From: Nitrososphaerota archaeon
GTDB lineage: Archaea; Thermoproteota; Nitrososphaeria; Nitrososphaerales; Nitrosopumilaceae
Length of the DNA stretch: 64,000 nt
Direction of reading: 5' to 3'
NCBI GenBank assembly: GCA_028867755.1
Contig: JAGWFT010000001.1
Coordinates: forward strand, 1,156,727 to 1,220,726
Shown: piece after piece, positions 19,997 to 29,848 of the stretch
Layout: each line of letters opens with the position of its first letter
Numbering within the stretch: position 1 is the stretch's first letter
Position numbers and translations under genes: made by a program
Notes under the pieces: generated by a model
Database searches by the model: none
Told to the model about the DNA's origin: nothing
The model's input: only the letters and a program-made list of their open reading frames with translations

Positions 19997-20418
19997 GCTT
20001 CCATTTTTTCTTTTAAGAGATTTTTTCTGACAAGTATTGGTATGTTATAAAATGATGCTAGTGCGATGGCATCAGAAGCTCTGTAATTTCGCATGACAAG
20101 ATCATTTTTTCCTGTAAAGTAGAGATTGGCACGCAATACGCTTCCGCTTTCGTACACCTTTATCCTAACAAGAACAAGCTCATTGATTTCAGCAATCTCT
20201 TCAATCATGTTGTATATTGTAGGAATTGCACCTCTTTCTCCTTCAATAAAATTTGTGATGTGTCGTGCAACTTCTCCTGAAAAAGCTCTCATATGGAATT
20301 CTTTACCGTTATCAGCATGCAATACAACTAGCCCTTCTACTCCATATGGATCAACAAAACCAACGTAAGTTATCTTAGTCTCTGCATAATCAGAATCCTG
20401 AGGCTCGTCTATCTTCAC
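19993..20418 (-). CDS. Bifunctional nuclease domain protein (DUF151)
   Basis: RASDAIALA motif and family-like layout. Confidence 0.8.
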   Translation of the reverse strand: MKIDEPQDSDYAETKITYVGFVDPYGVEGLVVLHADNGKEFHMRAFSGEVARHITNFIEGERGAIPTIYNMIEEIAEINELVLVRIKVYESGSVLRANLYFTGKNDLVMRNYRASDAIALASFYNIPILVRKNLLKEKMEA

Positions 20419-20505
20419 GGCTGGTTTCTATCAAGCGTCATTGCAGATAAATACTTTGAAAAAAACAGATAGAATTTAATGTCACCATACATCGTTTTTT
20501 ACTAG

Positions 20506-21348
20506 TTGGAAAAACAGAGTACAGTGCATCGTTCACATCGAGTACTTATCATTATTGGATTTTTAGCAATTGCAGTATCTTTTCTTGCATACTCAAGAAA
20601 CAATGAGATCACTGTAACTCCGGCTGCCATGCCTGCACTACGAAATCTAGCACTAGCAACCTATGTAGTCTTGTTCACTTCATTTGGTGCAATAGGCTGG
20701 GGACTGTACAAATTTTACAAAGCCAAAACAGAATTTCCTGACGCATCAACTGCCTCGATAATTTCCAACGCGATAAACAACAAGAGAGCAAAACAGATCT
20801 TTATCATAAGTGCTATAGGATATGGAATATTTTTTGGGTTAACGTCTGGAATAATCCTTTACAAACCAGAGATCAATGCTACGGATTATGGCTTTCCAAC
20901 TCCCCCACATATTGAGCTCTCACCTTGTTGTGATCTGCCAGGCTATATGCCAATGATATTTGCCTTTTTCACAGAACATGTAGGATTACAGATTGCTCCA
21001 CTAAACTTGGTTCTTCTTGTTGCAGTATCTTTTCTTGTGGGACTGAATTTTTCCCTCTCGGCTACTGCATTTACAGTTGCAAGAAGTGCAGGAAAATTGG
21101 GCGCATTTGGTGCGATAACAGGGCTCTTTGTGGGTTGTCCGACTTGTGCAGGTACAGCCTTTACAATGCTTTTTGGCCTCGGAGCTAGTGCGACCAGTGT
21201 TACATTGTTCTTGACAAGCTATGAAGCCCAGTTACAAACAATATTCATAGCTGCTTCAATTCCTATCTTGCTTGCTACACCTTTCATAATGGCAAGAAAG
21301 ATAAGAAAAACACAGAATGGAAGTTGTGCGTTAGAACCTAAGCAGTAG
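20506..21348 (+). CDS. Polytopic membrane protein with CxxC motif
   Basis: About 6 hydrophobic segments; GCPTCAG, CC and C-terminal GSC. Confidence 0.75.
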   Translation: MEKQSTVHRSHRVLIIIGFLAIAVSFLAYSRNNEITVTPAAMPALRNLALATYVVLFTSFGAIGWGLYKFYKAKTEFPDASTASIISNAINNKRAKQIFIISAIGYGIFFGLTSGIILYKPEINATDYGFPTPPHIELSPCCDLPGYMPMIFAFFTEHVGLQIAPLNLVLLVAVSFLVGLNFSLSATAFTVARSAGKLGAFGAITGLFVGCPTCAGTAFTMLFGLGASATSVTLFLTSYEAQLQTIFIAASIPILLATPFIMARKIRKTQNGSCALEPKQ

Positions 21349-21592
21349 ATTTTGTGACCTGCGGGGTTTTCCAGTCACCTATATTGTAACCATCTTGCCT
21401 GAGATATTTGAGAGTGAGTTTGTAGACTAGTTCATCATGATCAGATGTCTCAAGAATTTCTGTCCATGAAACCACCCCAGTTTGTTCGATCTTTTTTGCA
21501 AGTTGAGAGGATACCGATTGTGCTATTTCCTTGCATTGGTCAAACGTTTTGCCATTTTTGTAGGCTCTAGTGCGAGTATCACAGGCATCCAT
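21338..21592 (-). CDS. Hypothetical protein
   Basis: Likely start ATG 21592 (MDACDTRTRAYKNGK..). Confidence 0.7.
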   Translation of the reverse strand: MDACDTRTRAYKNGKTFDQCKEIAQSVSSQLAKKIEQTGVVSWTEILETSDHDELVYKLTLKYLRQDGYNIGDWKTPQVTKSTA

Positions 21593-21683
21593 GGCGTAAA
21601 GAGTACAAGACCCAAATAAAAAGTTCAATTTTTCATCTAATCAATAGAAGAGTTTTAAACCAAATGAGATTTTATTTTATCAA

Positions 21684-22592
21684 GTGCCATCAGAGAATAA
21701 CCAGAAATTTATCAACATAAATCCCTTCAATGCGTTTTTGTGGACATTTCGTCGAAATGAAAATGATGTCATAAATCTATATGATGCTCTTTCTTCCCTA
21801 ATGCAAATTTCTACTGGAAGCAATATGCTCAACTTTGGATACTGGAATGAAAATACGACTAACCCCTATGAAGCACAAACTGCACTTTGTAAAACTATTG
21901 CAAATATGTCTGAACTAGAATCTGCAAGAAATGTATTGGATGTCGGAAGTGGATTTTCTGAACCTGCAGTCATATGGAAATCAGAGTTTCCTCATATCAA
22001 AATTTCTTGCTTAAACGTAAATCCAAAACAACTCAGTTTTGCCTCAAAAGTTCTCAAAAATAATACATCAGGTAAGATAAGTTCGAACTCATCAGAAATC
22101 AATCTTGTCAACTCTACGGCTACAAAATTACCATTTGCAAACAAGTCCATGGACAGAATAATTGCATTAGAGTCTGCCCAACATTTCAAGCCATTTTCTG
22201 AATTTGTGTCAGAATGCAAGAGAGTTTTAAAGGACAAAGGTATTCTGTCATTAGCCATACCGACACTATCAGGATCAACAAAGTCTTTAGAAATTTTCAA
22301 GCTTGGGATACTTTCCTTTACATGGTCATCAGAACATTACAATCTTGAAAATGTCCAAAAGATGGTTTTGGATGTGGGTTTTGATGTTGTTTCTACAAAA
22401 TTAGTAGGCACAGATGTATACGAGCCACTTGCTGATTATTACATAAAAAACAGAGAGATGCTAAGATCAAAGATACTGCTTCAATATTCGCCCTATGTTG
22501 AGAAGATCCTCTTCAATTCATTGTTAAAAATGAGAAAAGTGTGTGAAAACAAGACCATAGATTATGTTCTTTTAAAGTGTGTCTTACAATAA
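21684..22592 (+). CDS. Class I SAM-dependent methyltransferase (sterol/tocopherol MT-like)
   Basis: MLNFGYW, VLDVGSGFS, ATKLPFAN, ALESAQHF. Confidence 0.85.
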   Translation: MPSENNQKFININPFNAFLWTFRRNENDVINLYDALSSLMQISTGSNMLNFGYWNENTTNPYEAQTALCKTIANMSELESARNVLDVGSGFSEPAVIWKSEFPHIKISCLNVNPKQLSFASKVLKNNTSGKISSNSSEINLVNSTATKLPFANKSMDRIIALESAQHFKPFSEFVSECKRVLKDKGILSLAIPTLSGSTKSLEIFKLGILSFTWSSEHYNLENVQKMVLDVGFDVVSTKLVGTDVYEPLADYYIKNREMLRSKILLQYSPYVEKILFNSLLKMRKVCENKTIDYVLLKCVLQ

Positions 22593-22610
22593 AGAACAAA
22601 CCCTTATTTT

Positions 22611-22685
22611 CTGGTATGATGTGGTGATATCATAATACCAGTTTGTCTGGTACCCACTGCGTAGAGTAATTTCTACGCAGGTGCC
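22611..22685. other. Intergenic cluster of overlapping inverted repeats (candidate structured RNA or regulatory element)
   Basis: CTGGTA (22611, 22647) and TACCAG (22636); TATGATGT/ATATCATA; CTGCGTAGA (22657)/TCTACGCAG (22672). Confidence 0.45.
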
Positions 22686-22756
22686 ATTTTATTATTAACC
22701 AATGCATCCCAGATCGGAGAAAAAGAATTATTAGCACATTTTAGCTAGTTTGAGGT

Positions 22757-22921
22757 ATGGGCCTGTTTAAAAAAAAGGAAACCCCCGAAACAAAATGTAA
22801 AGAGTGTGGTCTTGAATTCAATGACCCAGTACGTTTAGACAGACATATGAAAAAAGCCCACCGTCACGCGCCACAAAGGAAAACCGATGAGCAAGGTTTC
22901 ACCACTGGCGGCATGTGGTAA
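22757..22921 (+). CDS. Small C2H2 zinc-finger protein (54 aa, not in track)
   Basis: MGLFKKKETPETKCKECGLEFNDPVRLDRHMKKAH..; GAGGT RBS-like motif just before ATG. Confidence 0.8.
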   Translation: MGLFKKKETPETKCKECGLEFNDPVRLDRHMKKAHRHAPQRKTDEQGFTTGGMW

Positions 22922-22965
22922 GACTACGATAGGTATAATTCACGTTTCAAACGGCTATAGTAAAG

Positions 22966-23592
22966 TTGGTTACTGCAGAGATACTTGGTAATTTGACGAA
23001 TTTTATAATTCAGACTATATCAAACTCTGGTTACATGGGAATTTTCCTCCTCATGGTTGCCGAAAGTGCGCTTATTCCAATACCAAGTGAGGTCATCATG
23101 CCGTTTTCAGGATATCTTGTCTCAACGGGAAAGTTCAATGTTGTATTTGTCATCATTGCAGGGTCCATAGGAAATCTGGTGGGTGGGCTTATTGCATATT
23201 TTGTAGGATCATACCTTGGAAGGGGGTTTATCTTAAAATATGGCAAGTATGTTTTGCTCAAAAAATCACACTTGGAATTTGCTGAATCTTACTTTAAAAA
23301 ATACGGAGATAGATCAACTTTCATCAGTAGGCTTTTGCCAGCGATAAGGACATACGTTTCTTTACCTGCTGGAGTTGCCAAAATGAACCTAAAGAAATTC
23401 GCAGTTTTTACTCTTGTAGGCTCCATAATATGGAGTACTGCTTTAACATATGTTGGCATAGCATTAGGCGAGGAATGGAACAGCATCAGAAAGTATTCTA
23501 ATTATTTTGATGCAATAGTCGTAATAGTCATAATAATTGCCATTATTGTATACTGGAAGAAAAAAAAGACTACACCAGCCGATGATTCTTAA
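22966..23592 (+). CDS. DedA family membrane protein
   Basis: ESALIPIPSEVIMPFSG, YG....F.SRLLPAIRTYVSLPAG. Confidence 0.92.
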   Translation: MVTAEILGNLTNFIIQTISNSGYMGIFLLMVAESALIPIPSEVIMPFSGYLVSTGKFNVVFVIIAGSIGNLVGGLIAYFVGSYLGRGFILKYGKYVLLKKSHLEFAESYFKKYGDRSTFISRLLPAIRTYVSLPAGVAKMNLKKFAVFTLVGSIIWSTALTYVGIALGEEWNSIRKYSNYFDAIVVIVIIIAIIVYWKKKKTTPADDS

Positions 23593-23860
23593 AGTGAGTT
23601 AGCTCTTCAAGTATGATTTTGAACATTGTTTCCTTGTCAAGTAAAACGCATGGAATGTCGTTCTCCTTGCATGCCTTGCCAACCTCAGTATCTTCAGTTA
23701 CCATTATCATGCCATTTTCTTCAGCATATCTTATCACCGAATAGTCACTAGTAAGCTTCTTTCCTTCTGTAATCAGTTTTTTTACGCTAAATGCATTATA
23801 CCCAAATTCCTTGAGCTTTATGTCCATTCCGTCATACATCTCATCAACTAGCACTTTCAT
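23570..23860 (-). CDS. DUF5615/Mut7-C PIN-like domain protein
   Basis: MKVLVDEM..L...GY, D..VI.YA.E....VT.D pattern. Confidence 0.75.
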   Translation of the reverse strand: MKVLVDEMYDGMDIKLKEFGYNAFSVKKLITEGKKLTSDYSVIRYAEENGMIMVTEDTEVGKACKENDIPCVLLDKETMFKIILEELTHFKNHRLV

Positions 23861-24134
23861 ATTGTAACCTCAAAAGAGCGTGTTATTTTTACCATATGAA
23901 TATAAAATAGCCTTTGATGATTTAGTTAATATAAAAATGAAAATGGCGTAATCTTACTATTGCATATACGACGTTATTACCTAGATAATAATTATTTGGA
24001 ATTTAATTAGAATAATACTCTTCCAATATTTCTATCATATTAGAAATTTTTTCAGTACTGATTTTTGATATAATTTGTAGATCTATATTGAAAAGGCGTA
24101 TATACTTGCCATTCTGCTCCCTAGGTAGATCATC

Positions 24135-24929
24135 ATGAACACGCAAGTCTTTAATGGTTCAAGTGAAACCCTTGGTGAAGTTCAATTAGAATGCAAAGAT
24201 CTAGCCTATTCATATTCAAGCTCTCACGTTATTTTCAAGGATATCAACATCAAGACATATACTGATGAGCTAGTAGCAATAGTGGGCCCTTCAGGTACGG
24301 GAAAATCAACTTTAATTAGAGTACTTGCAAACCTGATTCCGCCTACTGCAGGCCATGTGTTTCTAAATGGTATTGAAGTAAAAGCCCCGTCTTCTCAGAT
24401 CTCACTTGTTCACCAATCTATCGCTACTTTTCCGTGGATGACAGCTCTTGATAACGTCAAGATAGTTTTACGAAACAAGGTCAAAGATGATGAAGCCACC
24501 GAGATAGCAAAAAAAATGATTACCTTGGTGGGATTACAGGGACATGAAGACAATTACCCCAAAGAAATGAGCGGTGGAATGAGACAAAGAATAGCTATTG
24601 CAAGGGCACTAGCAGCTTCTCCAACTATAATGTTGATGGACGAGCCCTTTGTGCATCTTGATGAACTTACAGCAAACTCACTTAGAAGTGAGATCTATTC
24701 GATTGTCTTCAACCCTGAAAACGATCTAAAATCAGTAATTCTTGTATCACATAATTTACATGAAGTGGTCCAATTGGCTGATAGAGTTTACGTGATGGGC
24801 GGTACACCTGCACAAATTATAAATGAAATCAAAATTGATTTGCCCCGACCAAGATCGGAGGAAGAACCCATATTTTATGAATATGTCAAAATGTTGTACA
24901 ATGATCTAATACCAAAAGAATCACGGTGA
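24135..24929 (+). CDS. ABC transporter ATPase, NitT/TauT type
   Basis: [30 protein letters not shown]. Confidence 0.93.
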   Translation: MNTQVFNGSSETLGEVQLECKDLAYSYSSSHVIFKDINIKTYTDELVAIVGPSGTGKSTLIRVLANLIPPTAGHVFLNGIEVKAPSSQISLVHQSIATFPWMTALDNVKIVLRNKVKDDEATEIAKKMITLVGLQGHEDNYPKEMSGGMRQRIAIARALAASPTIMLMDEPFVHLDELTANSLRSEIYSIVFNPENDLKSVILVSHNLHEVVQLADRVYVMGGTPAQIINEIKIDLPRPRSEEEPIFYEYVKMLYNDLIPKESR

Positions 24930-24936
24930 TTGATGA

Positions 24937-26565
24937 TTGGAATTAGACACTATAGCTCTTGCTACCCTCGCAAGTTTGGGCAGAGTTATGGCTTTGATTC
25001 TAGTTTCCATAGTTAGCGGCTGGTTTCTTTCCTATGTCGCAATAAAGAGTCGAAAATTCGAAAACATCTACATTTCATTTGTAAACATATTTGAGTCAAT
25101 TCCAGTGATAGGTTTTCTCCCAATCGTTTTGGTAGTCTTCATTTCAGGACTTGGAGGAACGCTGGGAGTAGAGGTTGCCGCAGACTTTCTTGTCTTTGAT
25201 GCAATAGTCTGGAACATCTGGATTGGACAATATCAAGCATTCAAGACAATTCCACAACCTCTCATAGAAGTTTCTGAAAACTATGGTTTTGGATGGTGGG
25301 GTAAGATGAAAAGCCTTTACATACCGTTTTCATATCCAAGGGTTTCATCTGATATATTTCCAAGTTTTGCTGATGCATTGTTCTACATCATGATAAGCGA
25401 GGTATTTTCAGTTGGAATAACTGCATACAAGGTCTTTGGTATTGGCACCTTGATAGTTCAAGCTACGTCCGCAGGAGATCTAAATAGTGTGTATGAGTGC
25501 TTGGGTGTTCTGGCAATAGGAGTTGTTTTGATTACTCTGGCATTTAGCAATTTCAGCAAGTATGCGGTTGCAAAATATGGCCTCAATACATCAACAGAGA
25601 TTAAACGACACGTACGTTACTGGAGACCTCACATCATAAGATGGCGTCCTACCGCCAGTCCAACATTTCAGTTTGCACGATACACCACTAAAATGAGAGC
25701 CGGAAGAGAAAACATACAATCAGCAATGACCAAAGTGCGGGCAAGCCACTCATTTGAAAGAACAGGAAAATACATCGGTACGGCAATAGCGTGGCTCTTT
25801 CTCATCTTCATCGGATATTCGTCAATTCAAGTTATGTTATCTGTCCCTCACTCACAGTGGATTAACTACTTTGCACAGACACCAAATCTTTTGTATCAGA
25901 TGGGAATTGACTACATAAGGGTACTTGTTGTTACAGTAGTCTCGTTTGTCTTTGCAATATCACTTGGATACTACCTTACAGTTCATAAGAGAATAAGCAT
26001 AGCGTCGCTGCCAATAATACAAACAATCTCAGCTTTTCCAGCACCTGCTTATTTTCCACTAGTCTTTGCTGCAACAGCATCATTTTTAGCACATACTATA
26101 CCATTTGCAGAAACTGAGATCTTTGTCATGATCTTGTGTTTTCTTGGTACGTTTTACTATGTATTTTTTGGATTCTGGGTTGGAGTAAGAGCTATACCAG
26201 TAGAGTTTCTAGAATTGACACAAAATTACAAGATAGGCTTTTTCACCAAGATGAGGAGGATAATTATTCCAGCAACTTTTCCGTATCTAGTTACTGGCCT
26301 TTCAAGTACGATTAACAGTGCATGGGGTGGATTGGCAGTAGCCGAGTACTGGCCTAACATCTTCGGGAACCAAACTCTACAGGTACATACAGGCATGATG
26401 AAAATAATCTCTGCAGGTCTTGTCAATGGGAATATAGGACTTGCAGCTTGGGCCTCATTACTATTTGCCATCGTAGTTGGCGTTTACAGCATAGTATTTA
26501 CAAGAAATCTAATGGATCTTGCGCGCAAAAAGTACGTAATAGAAGAGGGGATCTACGCCGCATAA
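24937..26565 (+). CDS. ABC transporter permease with two fused membrane domains (NitT/TauT type)
   Basis: Two EAA-like loops (..ENYGFGWWGKMKSLYIP; ..NYKIGFFTKMRRIIIPA); about 12 TM. Confidence 0.85.
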   Translation: MELDTIALATLASLGRVMALILVSIVSGWFLSYVAIKSRKFENIYISFVNIFESIPVIGFLPIVLVVFISGLGGTLGVEVAADFLVFDAIVWNIWIGQYQAFKTIPQPLIEVSENYGFGWWGKMKSLYIPFSYPRVSSDIFPSFADALFYIMISEVFSVGITAYKVFGIGTLIVQATSAGDLNSVYECLGVLAIGVVLITLAFSNFSKYAVAKYGLNTSTEIKRHVRYWRPHIIRWRPTASPTFQFARYTTKMRAGRENIQSAMTKVRASHSFERTGKYIGTAIAWLFLIFIGYSSIQVMLSVPHSQWINYFAQTPNLLYQMGIDYIRVLVVTVVSFVFAISLGYYLTVHKRISIASLPIIQTISAFPAPAYFPLVFAATASFLAHTIPFAETEIFVMILCFLGTFYYVFFGFWVGVRAIPVEFLELTQNYKIGFFTKMRRIIIPATFPYLVTGLSSTINSAWGGLAVAEYWPNIFGNQTLQVHTGMMKIISAGLVNGNIGLAAWASLLFAIVVGVYSIVFTRNLMDLARKKYVIEEGIYAA

Positions 26566-26708
26566 ACCAAAAGCAGATGAGTAATCCACGATTAATAAGA
26601 TTCAATGTTTTAAACTAATCTCTTATTTTGTTTCCATTTATTTTATGAAATTCGATCAACTTCAATAAAACTGACTCTAATTAGGCATAAATTCAAAATA
26701 TCTCTATT

Positions 26709-28481
26709 TTGTATAGAAAATCAAAGGTTCATAAATCGAATTCACTAACTCTCGGAGAATTGCAGACCGTGAAAGAATTTGGAACCCTAGAGTATGTTTT
26801 AGACACATATTCAAAAAACTGGACTTGGAAACTAACTGGCTCAAGAGCTGTTAGCATGGTTGCTCGAGTTATACCCCAGGCGTGGTATGGAGATGGTCCT
26901 GATGAAGCAATAGTACCTGATACAGAACACAATGTTCAGAAAATTAAATGGATAATGGAGACCTATCCTCTTGAGATAAGATCTAGAAACATTTGGCAGA
27001 GAAAGACAAGGCACATGAAAGTACCAAAAAGAAAATGGACGAGAATAGAAAAATTACGAAAAGCAAATCCAGATGAACAATTTAGGGGGACTCTGCTTAA
27101 TTTCCAAAGAGAGGGATTAGACTTTTTGCTAAAATCTTCCGGTAATGCACTATTAGCTGACGAGATGGGATTGGGCAAAACTGTGCAAACCTTAGCATAT
27201 CTTGCAACAGAAAGACAAACATTTCCAGCTCTTATTGTTGCCCCTCTTGTGACTTTGAGCAACTGGCAAAGAGAGATTCAAAAGTTTCTCAAAAGAAGAA
27301 GCAGAAACGGAAGAATAATTGATTTAGAGTATCCGACATCAGTTTTAATTCGTACTGGAAAATCACAGGAGATAGGCAAGCATGACATTTACATCATAAA
27401 CTATGATCTACTGTACAAGAGACTAGATGATCTTTCCAAGTTGAACATAAAGACTCTTGTGTGCGACGAGGTCCAACATCTCCGTTCAAAATCAACCAAG
27501 AAATATTCTGCCGTAAAAAAACTTGCTACAATGGAATCTGTAAAATATAGAATTGGATTGTCTGGTACTCCAATCTATAACAGAGGTTCAGAGATTTGGC
27601 CCATAGTAGACATACTTAGACCTGGTCTACTTGGAAGCTTTGAGGAGTTTTGCGAATATTTTTGCTATGTTAACGAAAAAGGCAAGGCGATAGTTCTTGA
27701 AAACAAGCGCGCTAGCCTAGGAGAAGAATTAAGAAAGCATGTAATGTTAAGGCGCAAAAAATCAGATGTACTAAAAGAGTTGAAAGAAAAGGTACGATAC
27801 AAGGAATTCATAGAATCTGATATCAACTATTATCATGCCGAGCTTGATAAGATATGGAAGAGATTAGAGGAAGAGCAAAAGGCCGCAACTTCAGCATTTG
27901 ATAAGTTTTCATCATACAAAAGGGCAATCCAGAGTGAGAGACAGGCAGCAGGAGCTGCTAAAGTTCCCCATGTTATCGAGTTTGTCAAAAACATTATGGA
28001 GATAGAAGAGAGTGTTGTAGTATTTTGTCATCACAAGGCAATTCATGGATTGTTGCACAAGAGCCTTCATGAGTATTCACCATCTTCAATCATAGGAGGA
28101 CAAACAGACAAGGACAGACAAAATAACATAGACAGGTTCCAAAATGGAGAGACAAAGCTAATGATAGCAGGACTCAGAGCAGGTAATGTTGGAATCAACC
28201 TTAGCAGAGCAAGATATGTCATATTTGCAGAACTTGATTGGAGCCCGGCAATTCACAGACAGGCCGAAGATAGACTACATAGAATAGGCCAGAAAAACAC
28301 GGTATTTGCATATTACCTGATAGGCAATGGGACGCTAGATGATCACGTGGCAAATGTACTAGTTGACAAGAGTTATGAGATTGATGCCATCATGGATGAG
28401 AAAGAAGAGCCTTTTGAGAACAAAGACAAGGCAGAGCTTATCTTGGCTCAAATTCATGACAAGCTTTCAGCCAAACGCTAG
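26709..28481 (+). CDS. SNF2-family ATPase, SMARCAL1/ZRANB3-like
   Basis: LADEMGLGKT, DEVQ, SGTP, AELDWSPAIHRQAEDRLHRIGQ. Confidence 0.9.
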   Translation: MYRKSKVHKSNSLTLGELQTVKEFGTLEYVLDTYSKNWTWKLTGSRAVSMVARVIPQAWYGDGPDEAIVPDTEHNVQKIKWIMETYPLEIRSRNIWQRKTRHMKVPKRKWTRIEKLRKANPDEQFRGTLLNFQREGLDFLLKSSGNALLADEMGLGKTVQTLAYLATERQTFPALIVAPLVTLSNWQREIQKFLKRRSRNGRIIDLEYPTSVLIRTGKSQEIGKHDIYIINYDLLYKRLDDLSKLNIKTLVCDEVQHLRSKSTKKYSAVKKLATMESVKYRIGLSGTPIYNRGSEIWPIVDILRPGLLGSFEEFCEYFCYVNEKGKAIVLENKRASLGEELRKHVMLRRKKSDVLKELKEKVRYKEFIESDINYYHAELDKIWKRLEEEQKAATSAFDKFSSYKRAIQSERQAAGAAKVPHVIEFVKNIMEIEESVVVFCHHKAIHGLLHKSLHEYSPSSIIGGQTDKDRQNNIDRFQNGETKLMIAGLRAGNVGINLSRARYVIFAELDWSPAIHRQAEDRLHRIGQKNTVFAYYLIGNGTLDDHVANVLVDKSYEIDAIMDEKEEPFENKDKAELILAQIHDKLSAKR

Positions 28482-28486
28482 ATTCT

Positions 28487-28660
28487 TTATTCTTCGCGTA
28501 TCTCGTATTTGTCAAAAAAGTCTTGTCCTTCTCCCAGTCCTTGTTTGAGAAATGACTCTAGTTTTTTTATTACATCTGCACGATTCATTCTTCCTTCTGT
28601 AGATACATAATATTCTGCATGTGACTCGCGAAATTTCTTGTAGTTTATCCCTTTTGTCAT
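28487..28660 (-). CDS. Small hypothetical protein (57 aa, not in track)
   Basis: Manual translation MTKGINYKKFRESHAEYYVSTEGRMNRADVIKKLESFLKQGLGEGQDFFDKYEIREE; fits the gap without overlaps. Confidence 0.6.
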   Translation of the reverse strand: MTKGINYKKFRESHAEYYVSTEGRMNRADVIKKLESFLKQGLGEGQDFFDKYEIREE

Positions 28661-28698
28661 CACATATCATACTACGGAATAATATATAATAAGAGATC

Positions 28699-29436
28699 TT
28701 ATCGTCGCAGTTTTTTTGCTTTTTCAATACACTTGGTGCCTTCGCTTTTTCTTTCTAGTTTGAGTAAAAGATTTCCCTTGTTATACCAAGCATTGGCAAA
28801 ATCTGGATCAAACTTTGTTGCCTTGTCAAACGATTCCAGTGCTTCATCGTATCTTTTTAGATTGTAAAGACAGACACCATTTAGGTTCCATATTGCTGCA
28901 TGTCTTGGGTTAATTACCAGTGCTTTGTCAAAGGACTCCAATGCTTCATCATACCTTTTCATGTCAGAAAGGCAAATACCCTTGAGGTTCCACGCACTCA
29001 TAGAGTTAGGTTCGATCTCAAGCACTTTATCATAGCATACCAATGCTTCCTCGTGTCTTTTCAGATTGGAGAGGCAGTCTCCTTTCCTAAGCCATGCATT
29101 TGTGTATCTGGGTAATTGCATAGTCACTTTGTCATAGTATGCAACAGCCTCATCATACTTGCGGCTGGCAAAAAGCGCTTCAGCTTGATCATACAATGAT
29201 ACAGCATCCTCAGGATACAAATCAGCAAATTTTTTGCTTGATTTTGCCTCTACTTTGTGTTGATTTCGTAATGTGTGGTATGCATCTGCAATTAGTTTGA
29301 ATTGAACATCATCTTTTTTTGAAGAATTCTTATCAGGATGGTATTGAAGTACAAGTTTTCGATATGCTGCCTGTATCTCTTTCATAGACGAGTCTGACTT
29401 TATACCCAGAATCTCATAACATTTTGAGATATTCAA
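28699..29436 (-). CDS. DnaJ-domain plus TPR-repeat protein
   Basis: J domain with HPD (QYHPDKN), then about 5 TPRs (W..KG..L..L.R..EA...D). Confidence 0.9.
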   Translation of the reverse strand: MNISKCYEILGIKSDSSMKEIQAAYRKLVLQYHPDKNSSKKDDVQFKLIADAYHTLRNQHKVEAKSSKKFADLYPEDAVSLYDQAEALFASRKYDEAVAYYDKVTMQLPRYTNAWLRKGDCLSNLKRHEEALVCYDKVLEIEPNSMSAWNLKGICLSDMKRYDEALESFDKALVINPRHAAIWNLNGVCLYNLKRYDEALESFDKATKFDPDFANAWYNKGNLLLKLERKSEGTKCIEKAKKLRR

Positions 29437-29716
29437 TGCGTATCACCTTTCAGAGCATTCAGCTCTAAATCTAGTTTGCAAAAACTTCCATTAAATTGGG
29501 CTTCCACGACATAACATTACTAATTTTAGCATGTATAAATGTAAAAACTTCTACTTTATGTAACATTTAACAATAATCCAAACTATATGGATGAAATTTT
29601 ACTTGTGTTGAATTTTCTTTAATTCAAAGTATCAAAAAAATTATTCCTAAGAAATAAATTTAAAAATATTTTAGCGAAGTGAAATGGTAAATCAAACAAT
29701 AAGTGAACTTGTCAAA

Positions 29717-29848
29717 ATGGCTGATAGGATAGTAATTGACCAAGTAAAGGGAAAGAAAGTGACTTTGAAGATAAGCTGGTTTGATCTCAAAGGAGCAAGA
29801 AAATCAAAAAAGTTTTTGCTAGAAGAAAAGGAAAAGATCGAGTTTTAG
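29717..29848 (+). CDS. Small basic hypothetical protein (43 aa, not in track)
   Basis: MADRIVIDQVKGKKVTLKISWFDLKGARKSKKFLLEEKEKIEF; AT-rich promoter-like upstream, T-rich downstream. Confidence 0.6.
   Translation: MADRIVIDQVKGKKVTLKISWFDLKGARKSKKFLLEEKEKIEF

Noticed and set aside
28512-28727. Track ORF 28512-28727 (-)
   Set aside because: It overlaps the DnaJ-TPR stop and has odd composition; the alternative frame 28487-28660 fits better.
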